Shown one piece after another: positions 47,922 through 57,783 of a stretch of 64,000 nucleotides of DNA (the first letter of the stretch is position 1; each line of letters opens with the position of its first letter). The stretch is from assembly GCA_965223295.1 (NCBI GenBank), contig CBDCWC010000002.1, positions 1-64,000 of the forward strand, read 5' to 3'. The notes below the pieces were generated by a model. It saw only the letters and a program-made list of their open reading frames with translations, was not told where the DNA came from and searched no databases. The position numbers and the translations under genes are program-made. The DNA comes from Nitrospirales bacterium (GTDB lineage Bacteria > Nitrospirota > Nitrospiria > Nitrospirales > UBA8639).

Positions 47922-49295
47922 CTAGCGTAGACCTTCTGGGGCAGACCTGGATTCAGTATGAATGGGTGTCGGGCTATTTTTAGCTTTTTCCAAGTGGCTG
48001 ATGGATTGAGCAAGTTTCATCATGCCTGCGGAAACTTCTTGGATATCATGGTGTAGAGCTTCCACTGTCTCAGCGCTTAGGGATGTTGCCAATGTGTTCA
48101 TTCTTGCTGAGACTTCCCCGATTTCATGCTTGAGTGCCTCTACAGTTTCAGCCTGTTGAGCTTCAGAGAGTTTGACGCGTTGTTCTAATGCCTGAAGGTG
48201 CTCAGTCAGGGCCGGGGGAGTTGCAGAAGAAGCTTGGGCTAATTGCTGATACCGCTCTTCAAGTGACTCAAGTGAGTTGACCAGACCCTGAAGATTCTCT
48301 GCACCTTGAGACGTCGTGACAGCCTCCATTCCCGAAGATATGTCCTTCATGTCATCGTGGAGGGCTTTGACAGTTTCCGCATAATGTTTTTCTGATGTTT
48401 CAATGCGCTGTTCTAATGCTTGAAGTTGTGCCGCGAGTGCCGGATTTTCAGGAGATGTTTGAATAAATTCTTGAGGATGGGCCGAATCTTGTGTCTTCAA
48501 GGCGGCTTTTAATGCCGACGTGTCGGAGGTGATGGTGTCTCTGACTTGGTTAATATAGACGTGGAGTTGATTGAGCCGTTTTTGGAGCACCAGAATGTCG
48601 TTCGTTCTCAGCAACATCTGGTCGAGAGTTTCCTGCTGTTTTTTTAATTGATCTTCCAAGGCCACCTCTTTCTGAATGGCCCGCTCTTTTTCGGTATTGA
48701 GGGTCACTGTGTATTCACCCATCACGTCTTTAAATCCAACCAGCGAGTCCTGAAACTCTGTGAGGAGCTTTTCATAGCGTCGGTTATTTTGGTCGATTTG
48801 GTCAACTAAAGCCGTCACCTGATCTCCGTACACGGCGACTCGCGCTTGGGCCTGTTCCAGGTCTTTTTCCAGTTTGGCGATTGTCGAAGAAGTTGTGGTC
48901 TGGTTCGTCCCAACGGTTTCTTCCCATCCTTCAACATGATGCTGCAAAGTCTCGATGGTGGCATTCATGGGAGAAAGATTCTGGTCACGGAATTCTCGCA
49001 GGGTTTGTTTGACTTCCCCTCGCAAGGATAGCAAGCCACCAATTTGCTTTTCGTGATCTTCCAACAAAGCCTTCGTAGAAGAGAGGGCATCTTGGACTTC
49101 TTGAAGGGTAGGTGGTGGGTCAGGCGTTTGAGCCGTGACAGATTCTTCTCCCGAAGTTTCTCCTGTTTCAGTGAGAGTAGACTGGTCTCCAGGAATAGAC
49201 ATTTCTGCACAACCGGATATGGCAAGCACTATGATCAACCCAGTAAGAATGAACCATATGGGAATACCTGAAGAAAAATGGGTGTGACGGTTCAT
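47922..49295 (-). CDS. Long coiled-coil lipoprotein
   Basis: ISGC lipobox; heptad-rich; repeated AETV.AL..D...[IV]S..M units. Confidence 0.78.
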   Translation of the reverse strand: MNRHTHFSSGIPIWFILTGLIIVLAISGCAEMSIPGDQSTLTETGETSGEESVTAQTPDPPPTLQEVQDALSSTKALLEDHEKQIGGLLSLRGEVKQTLREFRDQNLSPMNATIETLQHHVEGWEETVGTNQTTTSSTIAKLEKDLEQAQARVAVYGDQVTALVDQIDQNNRRYEKLLTEFQDSLVGFKDVMGEYTVTLNTEKERAIQKEVALEDQLKKQQETLDQMLLRTNDILVLQKRLNQLHVYINQVRDTITSDTSALKAALKTQDSAHPQEFIQTSPENPALAAQLQALEQRIETSEKHYAETVKALHDDMKDISSGMEAVTTSQGAENLQGLVNSLESLEERYQQLAQASSATPPALTEHLQALEQRVKLSEAQQAETVEALKHEIGEVSARMNTLATSLSAETVEALHHDIQEVSAGMMKLAQSISHLEKAKNSPTPIHTESRSAPEGLR

Positions 49296-49954
49296 GGTCT
49301 ATTCTCCTCCAGAAGTTGAGAATCATCGGATTGCGGCATCTCAAAAGATTTGAGAAGTGATGAAAGGTTACGATCGGCCACAAACATAAAGGCTCGTCTA
49401 TTCATATCGAAACAAAACGCATCGTCTTCCTCGCAAATCGGATCTAATTCCCCAAATGAGATTGACTCCATAATTTGGGGGTTGATGCCAATATCTTTGA
49501 GATAATTCATGACTGCCTGGGCCCGCTTGTAGCCCAAAGCCTGATTATACGCCTTTGTTCCTTTGGTATCTGTGTGTCCTTCGATCGTCAATTCTCCGTG
49601 CAGAGATGTTCGCAACCAATGGCCGGCATCCTGTAATGTTTTTTCTGCTTCGGGCGTCAATTCCCAGGAATCAAAAGGAAAGAGGACCAGCGGAAAATAG
49701 CGGCCGTCTGGCCGGGATCGCTTTCCAAATCCCACCGGGGCTATGGGTGATGGATTCGACTCGGGTATCTCGGGTCGTAACTCTTCCTTCACTTCCTCTG
49801 CCTCCACCACTCTAAATTCATTTGAGTCAGGGCCACCTGTTTGGATTTTTAAGGGAGCAACTTGTGTGTCACCATTGGCAAAGATACTCGACAAGCTTTC
49901 ACATCCACTCAGTAAACAGCCGGTAAGCATGAGAAACAATACTGGTTTGTGCAT
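49292..49954 (-). CDS. OmpA/Pal-family lipoprotein
   Basis: LSGC lipobox, IEGHTD..G...YN..LG.KRA, SFGE, NRRA; start at MHKP. Confidence 0.9.
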   Translation of the reverse strand: MHKPVLFLMLTGCLLSGCESLSSIFANGDTQVAPLKIQTGGPDSNEFRVVEAEEVKEELRPEIPESNPSPIAPVGFGKRSRPDGRYFPLVLFPFDSWELTPEAEKTLQDAGHWLRTSLHGELTIEGHTDTKGTKAYNQALGYKRAQAVMNYLKDIGINPQIMESISFGELDPICEEDDAFCFDMNRRAFMFVADRNLSSLLKSFEMPQSDDSQLLEENRP

Positions 49955-50199
49955 CACAGATCCTTTATGGGTCTTAAGACTGGGGGAGGTCAGGGTTTGT
50001 CTTCGTTGATGGATTCTTGGATGACAGCCATCAACTTCATTATGAACTAGACTGGACTTAGCAAAATCTGCACTTCGTAATTTTCCCCTTGGCAAAATAC
50101 CCTCCAAGAAATTTCACGTCAATATCCCTCATTTGCTGTAAGGAATAATACCTGGTATTTCGGCAGAAAGGTTTTTCATCGCTCTTTTTTATTGGAGAG

Positions 50200-51084
50200 T
50201 TAAAAAGTCATAGATATTTTTGCTAATGCGTTTTTTGGTGAAATGAGATTTCGTCGTAAGCCAAGCATGCCAGCCTTTAGGCCCATTGCAAGGCCGAGAA
50301 GTTGGGGGAGGTGGAAAATCGGCAAGTTGATGGAGGTGTTATGTTGTGTGCCTGCCTGCGCCTGCATACCATCCAAGTTGAGATGACAAAGTGGACAGGG
50401 AGTGACCATGATATCGGCGCCATGAGATTTAGCGTCTTGAGTGTGGGTCGCGACCATAGACAGGGAATTTATCTTATTGATAGTGAGAATGGGAAACCCG
50501 CAACATCGGGTTTTCCCAGGAAAGTCCACAACTTCTGCTCCCAATATTTCAATCATGCGTTCCAATGACTTCCCACGGTTAGGATGTTCCTCAAAGTCTA
50601 ACGCATCAGTCGGGCGTTGGATATAGCATCCGTAAAACGGGGCGGCTCGAAGACCGGTTAATGGTTTGGTGATGTGTTCCCGAAGGACTTCCTCGCCAAC
50701 GTCTTCTAATAAAATCCACAGGAAATGTTTAATGGTTGTAGTGCCGCGATAGGTCAGTTCTTCTTCACTTAAGATCTGATTGATTTCTTCAAGGTAGCCG
50801 GATTGGGTTTGTAGTCGATGATTGGTCTGGCTCATGACGCCTTGGCAGGTGCTGCAAATGGTCATAATAGGCAAGCCTTGTTGTTCAGCCAGCGCAAACG
50901 TTCGTGCATTCAGTACATCGCCTAATTTCTCATCTTTTTCTTGCAGAACTCCTGCGCCGGTACAGGAGGCCGTTGTCATTTCATCGAGATCAATACCCAG
51001 TTTGGGATAGACTTGTCTAACTGATTGATACAGTTCAGGGCATGCGCCCTTGGAGACGCAGCCTGGGAAGAAAGCATATTTCAT
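50200..51084 (-). CDS. HdrB-like CCG-domain subunit of type-E succinate:quinone oxidoreductase (SdhE-type anchor)
   Basis: FPGC, CTGAG, CSTC, FYGC, CCG, CPLC. Confidence 0.88.
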   Translation of the reverse strand: MKYAFFPGCVSKGACPELYQSVRQVYPKLGIDLDEMTTASCTGAGVLQEKDEKLGDVLNARTFALAEQQGLPIMTICSTCQGVMSQTNHRLQTQSGYLEEINQILSEEELTYRGTTTIKHFLWILLEDVGEEVLREHITKPLTGLRAAPFYGCYIQRPTDALDFEEHPNRGKSLERMIEILGAEVVDFPGKTRCCGFPILTINKINSLSMVATHTQDAKSHGADIMVTPCPLCHLNLDGMQAQAGTQHNTSINLPIFHLPQLLGLAMGLKAGMLGLRRNLISPKNALAKISMTF

Positions 51085-51137
51085 ACTTTTTCCTTCATGA
51101 GCTTCTGGTTGGGAGGCTCATTACTCATTTTTGATGA

Positions 51138-51176
51138 CTCTACCTCACCTTAGTCCTCTTCTTACAAAGGAGAGAA
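51138..51176 (-). repeat. REP-like family D copy
   Basis: ctctacctcacc..cctcttcttacaaaggagag, reverse of the 14433/36333 unit. Confidence 0.7.
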
Positions 51177-51182
51177 AATTTT

Positions 51183-52157
51183 CTATGATTTCTTTCGCAC
51201 GCGTTTAAAGATTCGTTGAATATGTTGAATGCCTGAAATCGGGCGATGGAGCGGGCCTGACATGGGGACTTTGCCTTTGAATATAGAATGGATAATCATG
51301 GGAATCATTTCCAGCAATCGTCCGAGATGCTTGAGGCCAAAGGTTCTGAGTGCCAACATGGGTTCGTCCAAAATGCCTTTATGTTTGATAATGTCGGTAA
51401 AGACTTCCGCATGGCGTGAGCCACAGGTGGATGGCACCTTTTCCTCTAGACCTTTTGACCGTAAAGCCATGATGCGGTCCATAGGCCCGACACCTTTGGG
51501 GCAGACCTGAATACATTCCATACAGCGGGTACAATCCCACATTCCACTGGGTTGATTGAGGGTCTCTAAGCGGTTGGCTTTGGTTGTATCACGAGGGTCT
51601 GCCACGAACCGGTATGCTTTGGCTAAGGCCGCCGGGCCCATAAAGGTCTTATCAATTTCAAGCACTGTGCAGTCGGAAACGCAGACTCCACACATGATGC
51701 AACTCATCACCCCGGCTAAGTGATTCATGGATTCAGGCGGTGCATGGTATTCAGCTGGTGGAGGAGGCATTGACGGTTGGAGCCAAGGTTGGACCTGCCG
51801 AATCTTTTCCCAAAATGGCGCCATGTCGGTGACCAAATCTTTGATCACCGGCATGTTGTTCATGGGTTCAACTTGAATGGTGCCATCAGCTGCCGTGACA
51901 GACACGACTTTGGTCTTACAGGCCAGTGTCGCATGACCGTTAATCCGCATTCCGCAAGAGCCACAGATCGCCCCTCGGCAGGAGCACCGAAGTGTCAGTG
52001 AATCGTCAAGTGTTTCACGGACTTTGATGAGCCCATCCAGCACGGAGTCGGATGGATCTAGTTCAAGTTCGAAATTTTCAAAGAATGATAATGGTTGTGG
52101 GTGTTCAGGGTTATACCGTCGGACGCGAAGTGTCGTATGCATAAGTCGGGGAGTCAA
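51183..52157 (-). CDS. sdhB: Succinate dehydrogenase/fumarate reductase Fe-S subunit
   Basis: CRGAICGSC, CIMCGVC, CTRCMEC...CP; alternative start ATG 52142. Confidence 0.95.
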   Translation of the reverse strand: MTPRLMHTTLRVRRYNPEHPQPLSFFENFELELDPSDSVLDGLIKVRETLDDSLTLRCSCRGAICGSCGMRINGHATLACKTKVVSVTAADGTIQVEPMNNMPVIKDLVTDMAPFWEKIRQVQPWLQPSMPPPPAEYHAPPESMNHLAGVMSCIMCGVCVSDCTVLEIDKTFMGPAALAKAYRFVADPRDTTKANRLETLNQPSGMWDCTRCMECIQVCPKGVGPMDRIMALRSKGLEEKVPSTCGSRHAEVFTDIIKHKGILDEPMLALRTFGLKHLGRLLEMIPMIIHSIFKGKVPMSGPLHRPISGIQHIQRIFKRVRKKS

Positions 52158-52213
52158 TCCTGAACGTACAAAAATTCTAGAGCCTTAATTCATTGTAACA
52201 AAAAAGAGGTAAG

Positions 52214-52280
52214 AAGAGTGTTGAATAATGAGATATCAAAGGCCATATTTCTTCGGGAAGCTCTTGGCGATCAACAGACC
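52214..52280. mobile_element. Solo module-C mini-element
   Basis: aagagtgttgaata...tcaacagacc, homologous to 35156-35224. Confidence 0.65.
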
Positions 52281-52293
52281 TGCAAGAGGAAAT

Positions 52294-52331
52294 CGGAAGC
52301 CCGTTGTCAATACGGAAGCCCGTTGTCAATA
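52294..52331. repeat. 19-bp perfect tandem duplication over the sdhA stop
   Basis: cggaagcccgttgtcaata x2. Confidence 0.9.
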
Positions 52332-54041
52332 CAATCGAGTCTGAGGTTGCCATTGGGTAATTTTTACAGGAATGAAACTGATGCGAGGGCTTTTCTGGGG
52401 TTGATGGTATAGTAAAATGTGTTGTAACCATTCTTGATCATCTCGATCCAAATAGTCCGTGCGGAAGTGTGCCCCTCGACTTTCTGTGCGTGTCAGTGCG
52501 CCTGCAATGATCGCTTCGGCGCAATCGAGCATTAAGCTCAATTCTAGAACGGTGATGATACCGGTGTTGAACACCTGACCTTTGTCTTGAGTTGTGACAG
52601 TGGGCCATCGAGCTTGTAACTCCTGGATACGTTGCCGAGCTGTTTCTAGTCCTTCATGTTCTCGAAACACGGATACGTAGCGGTTCATGGTTTTTCCCAT
52701 TTCCAAGCGAATCGCAGCTGCACGCTCACCAGGGCCCTGACGCGCCAAGAGGCTTGACACCAAACGTTGGTCTGCTTCCATGGTGTGTTCTGAAAGGACA
52801 GGTGCAGGAATCGTGCGTGCGTAGTCGGCGGCGCATTGACCGGCCCGGCGACCATAAACGATTGTGTCTAACAGTGAATTGGCTCCAAGCCGATTGCCTC
52901 CATGAAGGCTGACACATGCGGTCTCGCCTGCGGCAAAGAGACCGGGGAGTCCGGCCCATTGATTCTGAATATCCCAGCATCGCCCTTTCGTATCAGTTTT
53001 GATACCTCCCATTTGATAATGCATGCCAGGACGAATCGGAAGCGGATCTTCAGCCAGATCAATATTTGCAAAGATTTTGGCTTCTGCATAAATTTGACCA
53101 AGACGCTCTTGAAGAAATGGTTGGCCTAGATGGCGGCAATCCAGTAAGACACAGCCATTAATGCCTCTGCCTTCATTAATCTCAATTTGTTCTGCACGGG
53201 AGACCACATCCCGGGAGGCCAATTCCAACATGGTTGGGGCATAGCGCTCCATGAAGCGTTCCCCATCTTTATTCAGAAGATATGCGCCCTCGCCTCTGGC
53301 AGCTTCCGTAATGAGTAGCCCTTTGCCTTTGAGGGTGGTGGGGTGATATTGCACCATTTCCATGTCCATTAAAGGTGCCCCAGCACGGTAGGCCAGGGCC
53401 ATGCCATCACCGGTGCAGATCAGGGCATTGGTGCTGGGTTCATACACACGGCCTAATCCGCCTGATGCCATGATGACGGTTTTGGCGCGAAAAATTGAAA
53501 ATTGTCCTGTTTGAATTTCAAAGGCTACCAGACCAGCGCAATGACCTTTCTCGTCTTTGACTAAAGAAGTGACAAACCACTCTTCATAGACGGGAAGTTT
53601 GGCCTGCATCAGTTGTTCATAGAGAACATGGAGCATAGCTTGCCCGGTGAAGTCTGACACAAAAAACGTGCGAGCCTTCTTTTGCCCGCCAAAACGGCGC
53701 GTCCCCAATCGACCTTCCTCACTGCGATTAAATATGACCCCCATATGTTCCAGCGCAATAATGTCTTGTCCGGCCTCTTGTGCGAGGACTTCAACGGCGT
53801 CTTGATCGCCCAGGTAATCACTGCCTTTCACGGTTTCATAGGCATGGTCTTCCCACTTGTCTCCTCGGTCGGTCAAGGCAGCATTAATCCCGCCTTGAGC
53901 CGCGTTGGAGTGACTGCGGACAGGATGGACCTTCGTCAGAATGGCGACTGAGGCTCCATGTTGGTGGGCTGACAGCGCGGCGCGCATGCCAGCTAGTCCC
54001 GCACCCACAATCAGCACATCGTAAACCGGAGGAGATGTCAT
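52326..54041 (-). CDS. sdhA: Succinate dehydrogenase/fumarate reductase flavoprotein
   Basis: GAGLAG, RSHSNAAQGG, QYHPT, ASRDVVSR, HGGNRLGANS, ESRGAH. Confidence 0.96.
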   Translation of the reverse strand: MTSPPVYDVLIVGAGLAGMRAALSAHQHGASVAILTKVHPVRSHSNAAQGGINAALTDRGDKWEDHAYETVKGSDYLGDQDAVEVLAQEAGQDIIALEHMGVIFNRSEEGRLGTRRFGGQKKARTFFVSDFTGQAMLHVLYEQLMQAKLPVYEEWFVTSLVKDEKGHCAGLVAFEIQTGQFSIFRAKTVIMASGGLGRVYEPSTNALICTGDGMALAYRAGAPLMDMEMVQYHPTTLKGKGLLITEAARGEGAYLLNKDGERFMERYAPTMLELASRDVVSRAEQIEINEGRGINGCVLLDCRHLGQPFLQERLGQIYAEAKIFANIDLAEDPLPIRPGMHYQMGGIKTDTKGRCWDIQNQWAGLPGLFAAGETACVSLHGGNRLGANSLLDTIVYGRRAGQCAADYARTIPAPVLSEHTMEADQRLVSSLLARQGPGERAAAIRLEMGKTMNRYVSVFREHEGLETARQRIQELQARWPTVTTQDKGQVFNTGIITVLELSLMLDCAEAIIAGALTRTESRGAHFRTDYLDRDDQEWLQHILLYHQPQKSPRISFIPVKITQWQPQTRLY

Positions 54042-54210
54042 GTTAGGAGGTCAACGGTGTTTGATCGGAAGGTAGGCGGTTGATACAAACTCGAGTTCTA
54101 TCAGAGGGAGTTTGCCATATCAGTGAAAAGGGAAATGTAACACGTGGAGTGTAAGATAATATGATTTGTAGATGATGATTGTTTCTTGACAGGTATAGCA
54201 TCTTGCTCGT

Positions 54211-55371
54211 TCAATTTTCTTTCTTCTTACGTTTCACGTCGATTCTTTCCTCAACTGGTATATAAGAAAGGTGGTGTGGGCCATCATAAATCTGGTCGGG
54301 ACGAAAGAGATGATTATCTTGATACTGTTCAAAGCAATGGGCCAGCCATCCTGCGACCCGGGCCATGGCAAAAATCGGGGTAAAGAGATCGGTCTCGATT
54401 CCCAGGCGATGGTAAATGATACCGGAATAAAAATCTACGTTGGGGCGTATGCCTTTTGAGCCTACGCGAGTTTCCATGTGATGTTCCATGACTCTGGCGA
54501 GGTTGAAGAGAGAGTGAGCGTTGGTATTGGTATCCAATTGCTGAGCAAAAGCCTGCATCACAATGGCACGGGGATCTTTCACTTTGTAGATCCGATGGCC
54601 AAATCCCATGATTTTTTCCCTATTCAATAATTTGTTGTCGAGATAGAAGGGAAGACGATCCGCTGAATCGATCTCCTCTAACATATGAATCACCGCTTCG
54701 TTCGCGCCGCCATGGAGCGGTCCTTTCAAGGTTCCAATGGCTGATGAAATCACCGTGTAAGGATCGGCCAGTGTTGAGGCTGTCACCATGCCGCTGAATG
54801 TTGAGGCGTTCATCGTGTGTTCGGCATGTAAAATCAGACAGACGTCGAATATCTTAGCCAATGCCGGATCTGGAATCTGGTCTGTTAACATGTAGAGAAA
54901 ATTCTCTGCAAAGGAGAGATCATCTCGTGGTTGGATTGACTCATCTCCCCGGCGTAGCCGAGCGAAAGCGGCGACAATGGTAGGAAGTTTAGCAATCAGA
55001 CGGACGGCGGTGAGATAACGAGTGCGTTCTTCCCGTACATCGTGAACGGGATAAAACATTCCCAAGGCTGCAACGGCTGCCTGCAGAGCGTCCATGGGAT
55101 GTCCCTGTTCCGGGAGCGATTTCAAGAGATCAATAATGCGGTATTTGATACGACGGTGATGTGAAATATCTTTGATGAAATTCTCTAACTCCAGTTTGGT
55201 TGGGAGTCGCTTGAACAATAAAAGGAACGTGGTTTCAAGAAAGGAACTGTGTTTGGCCAAATCTTCAATGCGAATGCCGGAGTATTCTAATATTCCCGCT
55301 TCACCGTCAACGAAACTGATAGAAGATTTGGCTGCAGGAATTCCAGCTAACCCAGGGAAGAAATCGCGCAT
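54211..55371 (-). CDS. gltA: Citrate synthase
   Basis: HAEHTMNAST, GPLHGGAN, MGFGHRIY..DPR, PNVDFYSG. Confidence 0.95.
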   Translation of the reverse strand: MRDFFPGLAGIPAAKSSISFVDGEAGILEYSGIRIEDLAKHSSFLETTFLLLFKRLPTKLELENFIKDISHHRRIKYRIIDLLKSLPEQGHPMDALQAAVAALGMFYPVHDVREERTRYLTAVRLIAKLPTIVAAFARLRRGDESIQPRDDLSFAENFLYMLTDQIPDPALAKIFDVCLILHAEHTMNASTFSGMVTASTLADPYTVISSAIGTLKGPLHGGANEAVIHMLEEIDSADRLPFYLDNKLLNREKIMGFGHRIYKVKDPRAIVMQAFAQQLDTNTNAHSLFNLARVMEHHMETRVGSKGIRPNVDFYSGIIYHRLGIETDLFTPIFAMARVAGWLAHCFEQYQDNHLFRPDQIYDGPHHLSYIPVEERIDVKRKKKEN

Positions 55372-55766
55372 GTTTTCAGTTTCTTATTTTTTAGAGGGGC
55401 CCATATGAATCATTGTAGGCTCGTCGATACCTTATCGTCCAAAGAGCTCATAAACCAATTTGATCGACAAGAATGCTTCATCTTAATAAGTATTAGGTTC
55501 AATTACTTAATTTTAAACTATGAATTTTTGCTCTTGTTCTGCACTGCCAGCCATACATGCATTATGGGTATAGTGTATGGTTTGCCCTTCAGCTCGCTGG
55601 GCGTTTTTCGTGCTTATAGCATGCCTGGCCGACCTCAACTCTTTGGATTCATTTTAGAATTTGCCTGGACTAAATAAACGGAATGGTCTTTGCATTTTTC
55701 CCTTGGTTATTGATTATAGCTTATTAATTTGGCTTGGTCAGTATCAGATGACTAAGGAGGTGCCTG

Positions 55767-56117
55767 ATGAAAAAATTTAGCTATTTTTGTGGATGGGCGT
55801 TATTTCTAGGCTGCCAAGGTGTCACCCCAAGCCTCGCTGCAGGTGCTGACATGAATAGTGCCCTTCTGCTGAGTCAAAAGGGTGTGCAAGCGGAATCAGC
55901 GAAATCTGCTGCTCCAACCACGAAGTTTCAAAATGTGGAAGGAACGCTCAAGGAAATTCAGGGTGACATTTATGTCGTGGAAGGAGAAGATTCACAGCAA
56001 ACGATTAAAGTTCAAGTTGGTCGGGATACAGCTTTTCCAAATGGGCACAAGGAGCCTGGCCAATCACTACATGCTTTGATTTCTACTATAGATGGGCATG
56101 CGTTGATAATTCGGTAA
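55767..56117 (+). CDS. Secreted hypothetical protein
   Basis: AGGAGG RBS, signal peptide, small beta-rich domain. Confidence 0.7.
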   Translation: MKKFSYFCGWALFLGCQGVTPSLAAGADMNSALLLSQKGVQAESAKSAAPTTKFQNVEGTLKEIQGDIYVVEGEDSQQTIKVQVGRDTAFPNGHKEPGQSLHALISTIDGHALIIR

Positions 56118-56451
56118 GACGAAAACTGCATAAAGAATGCGGGAGGGTTGGGCATTTTAGGGCGTTCACTTTGTCACTTGGGGGAGATACGGTGGGAACC
56201 TTGATATGTTCGATCCTCCGCTATTTTGTCGAAAGTACCACATTGTGGAATGGAGGCCAATGATGAGGTGCGAAACTTGTTTGCATGAATGCACTGTGGT
56301 TGATTTTGTCACGCGTCGAAATCTGTGTGAGCATCTGTATTTAGACTCTCTGGCTGCGAAGCAGAATCCCACCAGGAATTCAACACATGTTCATGTAGGA
56401 AACAGGAAAGATTTTCAATCTCTCGTGTCGTCCTGTGCGGTTGAATCATAA

Positions 56452-56639
56452 GTGCACCTCTAAACTCTAAAAACTTTCCTTTTTCCCGATGGCGGAGTCA
56501 GCGTCGTGCTCACAGCCTTCGACGCGCACAGACTTGGTGCTCTTCGCACCGTGCCCCTCATGTATTGGCCCATACACTGCCGTTTTCCGCGCGCCGCTTC
56601 CTTGCCCTCAGAAAAAATCATCAGTTTTTAGAGATGTCC
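56452..56639. mobile_element. MITE family B, copy 3 (longest)
   Basis: gtgcacctctaaa...gtttttagagatgtcc flanked by ATAA direct repeat (56448-56451, 56640-56643). Confidence 0.82.
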
Positions 56640-56689
56640 ATAAGCTGAAAAAGTCCGTCGCTTCGTTGGAAGCCCTATAGCGATGTTGC

Positions 56690-57607
56690 TTAGGGGAGAA
56701 GGGTTCGAACAGCTTGCTGCTCTGCATGGTAGGAACTCCGAACTAATGGTCCGGACTCAACATGTAAAAACCCGAGTTGGAGGGCCTCCTGTTTAAATTC
56801 CTCAAATTTCTCCGGACTATAAAAGCGAGCAACAGGTGCATGTTCGGGTGTCGGACGGAGATATTGTCCAAGGGTGATCATTTGACAACCTGTCTTTCGA
56901 AGATCGTTCAAGACCGAGAGAATTTCTTCTTCCGTTTCTCCTAATCCAGCCATCAGCCCAGATTTTGTCCGGGCACCATTCTTCTGAGCCCATTCAATCA
57001 CGGCCAGTGAGCGCTGGTATTTTCCTTGCGGCCGTATAGCAGGGAAAAGGCGTGGAACTGTTTCAATATTATGATTGAGGATATGAGGATGTTCGCGCAG
57101 GATGGTGGCGAGATCACCTTGATTGCCTTGAAAATCAGGAATAAGTACTTCAACCGTGCAGTCCGGTGCTAAGCCTCGAATGCGTCGGATTGTTTCGGCA
57201 AATAATTCCGCTCCGCCATCTGGCAAGTCGTCCCGATTAACCGATGTAATAACCGCATGGCGAAGCTTCAGTAGTTTGACAGCCTTAGCAATCCGTTGAG
57301 GTTCTTCCGTATCGACCTTCAATGGGCGTCCGGTTGTGACTGAACAATAGTGACAACGTCTGGTGCAAATATCTCCAAGAATGAGAAATGTTGCCGTTCG
57401 GTTATTCCAACATTCCCATAGATTAGGACAGCGGGCTTCCTCGCAGATGGTATGGAGCTGGTGTGTGTTCACCAATTGGCGAAGTTCTCGGTAATGAGGG
57501 CCGGCTTGGAGACGAACACGAAACCAGGGAGGCAACCGGTGGTGTGAGCTTGAATCTGCTGATGCAGACGGAGACGAAGTGATGTCAGAAGGCGGAATAA
57601 GGTTCAT
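56690..57607 (-). CDS. lipA: Lipoyl synthase
   Basis: CEEARCPNLWEC, CTRRCHYC, VRSSYHA. Confidence 0.96.
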   Translation of the reverse strand: MNLIPPSDITSSPSASADSSSHHRLPPWFRVRLQAGPHYRELRQLVNTHQLHTICEEARCPNLWECWNNRTATFLILGDICTRRCHYCSVTTGRPLKVDTEEPQRIAKAVKLLKLRHAVITSVNRDDLPDGGAELFAETIRRIRGLAPDCTVEVLIPDFQGNQGDLATILREHPHILNHNIETVPRLFPAIRPQGKYQRSLAVIEWAQKNGARTKSGLMAGLGETEEEILSVLNDLRKTGCQMITLGQYLRPTPEHAPVARFYSPEKFEEFKQEALQLGFLHVESGPLVRSSYHAEQQAVRTLLP

Positions 57608-57783
57608 TATACCCTATGGTCGTTCCTGGTGAATATGTCTCAAAATACGACTAAACGGGAAATCCATCCATAGACAAGTAAGTGGGATTATGGAAGCATA
57701 ACATGTTTGAGATGTCAGACCTACTTGAAGATCTGTTGATTTGAAAATAACTCACGATGAACAAGAGAGAAGGCTCCATGCCA

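Noticed and set aside
52294-52331. Direct repeat as a CRISPR remnant
   Set aside because: Two adjacent 19-bp copies with no spacer and no cas genes
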